Positions 62,201 through 64,000 of a stretch of DNA of 64,000 nucleotides are shown here, piece by piece. Within the stretch, counting starts at the first letter, position 1. Every line of letters begins with the position of its first letter. Made by a program: the position numbers and the translations under genes. The stretch is from the human T2T-CHM13v2.0 reference genome, Homo sapiens, in assembly GCF_009914755.1 (NCBI RefSeq), contig NC_060930.1. One strand, written 5' to 3'. The notes beneath the pieces are model-generated. The model was not told where the DNA came from and ran no database searches. It saw nothing but the letters and a program-made list of their open reading frames with translations.

Positions 62201-64000
62201 AATCAGAAAGGTATTTTTATTCTAGAACTTTCTCTTGGACAATTTTTAATAAAAATATTTTTTATAATAAAAATAGTTATAACATGGATTTTTAAAAATT
62301 TATGTAGCATTGAATATAAGTATTTCCTTTACACCTGCTCAAAGAGTTGACTGAATATATCTAAATAAAATTGGGGAACCAGGCTCTGATCAGGAACATA
62401 CCACTATTAGAAAATAGTTTCTAAAAAAAATATGGTCTGAGGATATTTTTACTCTCATTGCCTTCTGTAGGCACATAATCTGCCAGGAATTGGGGGCCTG
62501 CCAGGGGGCTTAACAAATGAGGTTTATAAGCCTTTCTTCAGTTCATATTGGTAGCACTTCCTTACTAAGATGTAAATACCATGGCTGGTGAAGTGGAGCC
62601 GTTAGCATTGCGAAGTATATTGGGGGATTTGAAGAAAGGGTCAGGAGAACCATCATGGGCTATGATTGCAGGTCAAAGGCAGGAGATGCTCTTTTCTCCA
62701 TCCTCTGAAAAGATAGGAAATATTAGCTGTTCATAGGTGGAGAAGAGAAAATCCTCTTGCTTTAAGAGCTGACCACACAATGTCTTTTGTAGGAAAGTGC
62801 TATTGTTTGGCTTGACCATTTTGCTTGGGTAAAGAAAGCTGTTATGGCCAGGATGATCTGAGCAAGAGAAGTCTTACTTGAATGACTCTCAGTGAGAATC
62901 AGATGGGACATTTGGAGTATAGGAGCAAGTGTAGTAGGGAGGAGAGAGAAGGAGGAGGAGATTAGGGGTGTGGGTATGGTTAACAATGTAGAGTCTTAAT
63001 AGAAGACAAAAAATTCTGTAGTCATGATAGAGTGATGGTGATATTTGACAGCTGCAGGACTTTTAAGAAGAGGAGCAGGAATTTCTCTTCTGCTAGTGTG
63101 TGCTACATTATACAGAACCATCCCACCTCCTCAGCCAATGTGACCTAGAATTTTCAGTAAAGAGTCTGCTATGTGCCATGGCCATGTGTCAGTAGTCGTT
63201 TTGCAAAATAAAAAAGAAGGGGTTGCATCCCATGAATGAGTTGACATAAAAAAGAGAGAGGGGGATGACCACAAGAAGAGAGACATTAGGATTTTGGTAT
63301 AGAATTGGAGCCAAAGACGTCAATATAAAACATAAGCCTCCCGAGGGTCCCCAGAAATACTGAGAGGCTTGCTGGGCTCCCTGCTGCATTTAGAATAAGG
63401 TTTGAAACAATTTGATCAGAATCTCAAAGGCAGAATCACCCCAGTTGACATCTGTGTTACATTTGTACTTTTGCAAAAGCAGATATTTAATAGGGAATAC
63501 TTTCAGGTTAATTGACTAATTGATTTTGGCTAACCAAATGCCTAGTTCAGGAATAGCTCAGTCCAAAGTTTGGACATTTATCAGGTCCAAGTAGGTTTAG
63601 TCTTTCACTGCTTGGTTTAAGTGATACAATTTGTAGTTGAGACTTGCAATTGTCAATTATCTGTTCTCCTGGCAATATTTTAAAAAGCAGGCATGGGAAG
63701 AAAATAACCATAAAGACATTTAATCAGTTAGAAGAATGGGGATTATTTCTCCCTACTGGGTGATGTTTTCCAAAAAGTCTTCAGAGAGTTTAAGCTGATT
63801 AATATCTGTCACATCAAAACCGCATAATTGCAATTCAGCCTATTAGAATGCCCATATCTTATGGCACAGGGCACAGCAATCAACTTGTCACCAAAATTCC
63901 ATTCGTTTATTACTCAAACAAATAAGAGAGCAGAATTGGATATTATGCATGCTGGTAGTGATTTTTGGGGCTTTTATTTTTCCCTTAGTAATTGAAGTGT

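Overview
Human (primate) non-coding genomic DNA, heavily occupied by transposable elements, with no credible protein-coding host gene. There is no CRISPR array, tRNA or rRNA. The best landmark is a MADE1-derived hairpin at 29536-29632 that matches, from memory, the hsa-mir-548a-1 precursor (mature miR-548a-3p CAAAACTGGCAATTACTTTTGC). That would place the window on chr6p22.3 in or near MIR548A1HG; this placement is recalled, not searched. The first 11 kb is a nested L1 stack: an old L1MB-type element lacking almost all of ORF2, plus three younger L1PA insertions that all show 5' inversions (twin priming). One inversion creates a 539-aa ATG-initiated ORF containing the complete RT domain. Other notable signals: (1) a MER75 piggyBac relic whose core keeps 12 CpGs and an open 49-codon PGBD4-like ORF while its flanks have none; (2) a ~245-bp inverted duplication of an Alu 3' end plus unique flank; (3) a 45-bp locally templated insertion in an MLT1C LTR; (4) a 1-kb polypyrimidine tract; (5) a CTCF-like site; (6) several candidate lncRNA exons. 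I found no convincing new multi-gene system. Repeat subfamily names are by-eye calls and boundaries of old repeats are approximate.
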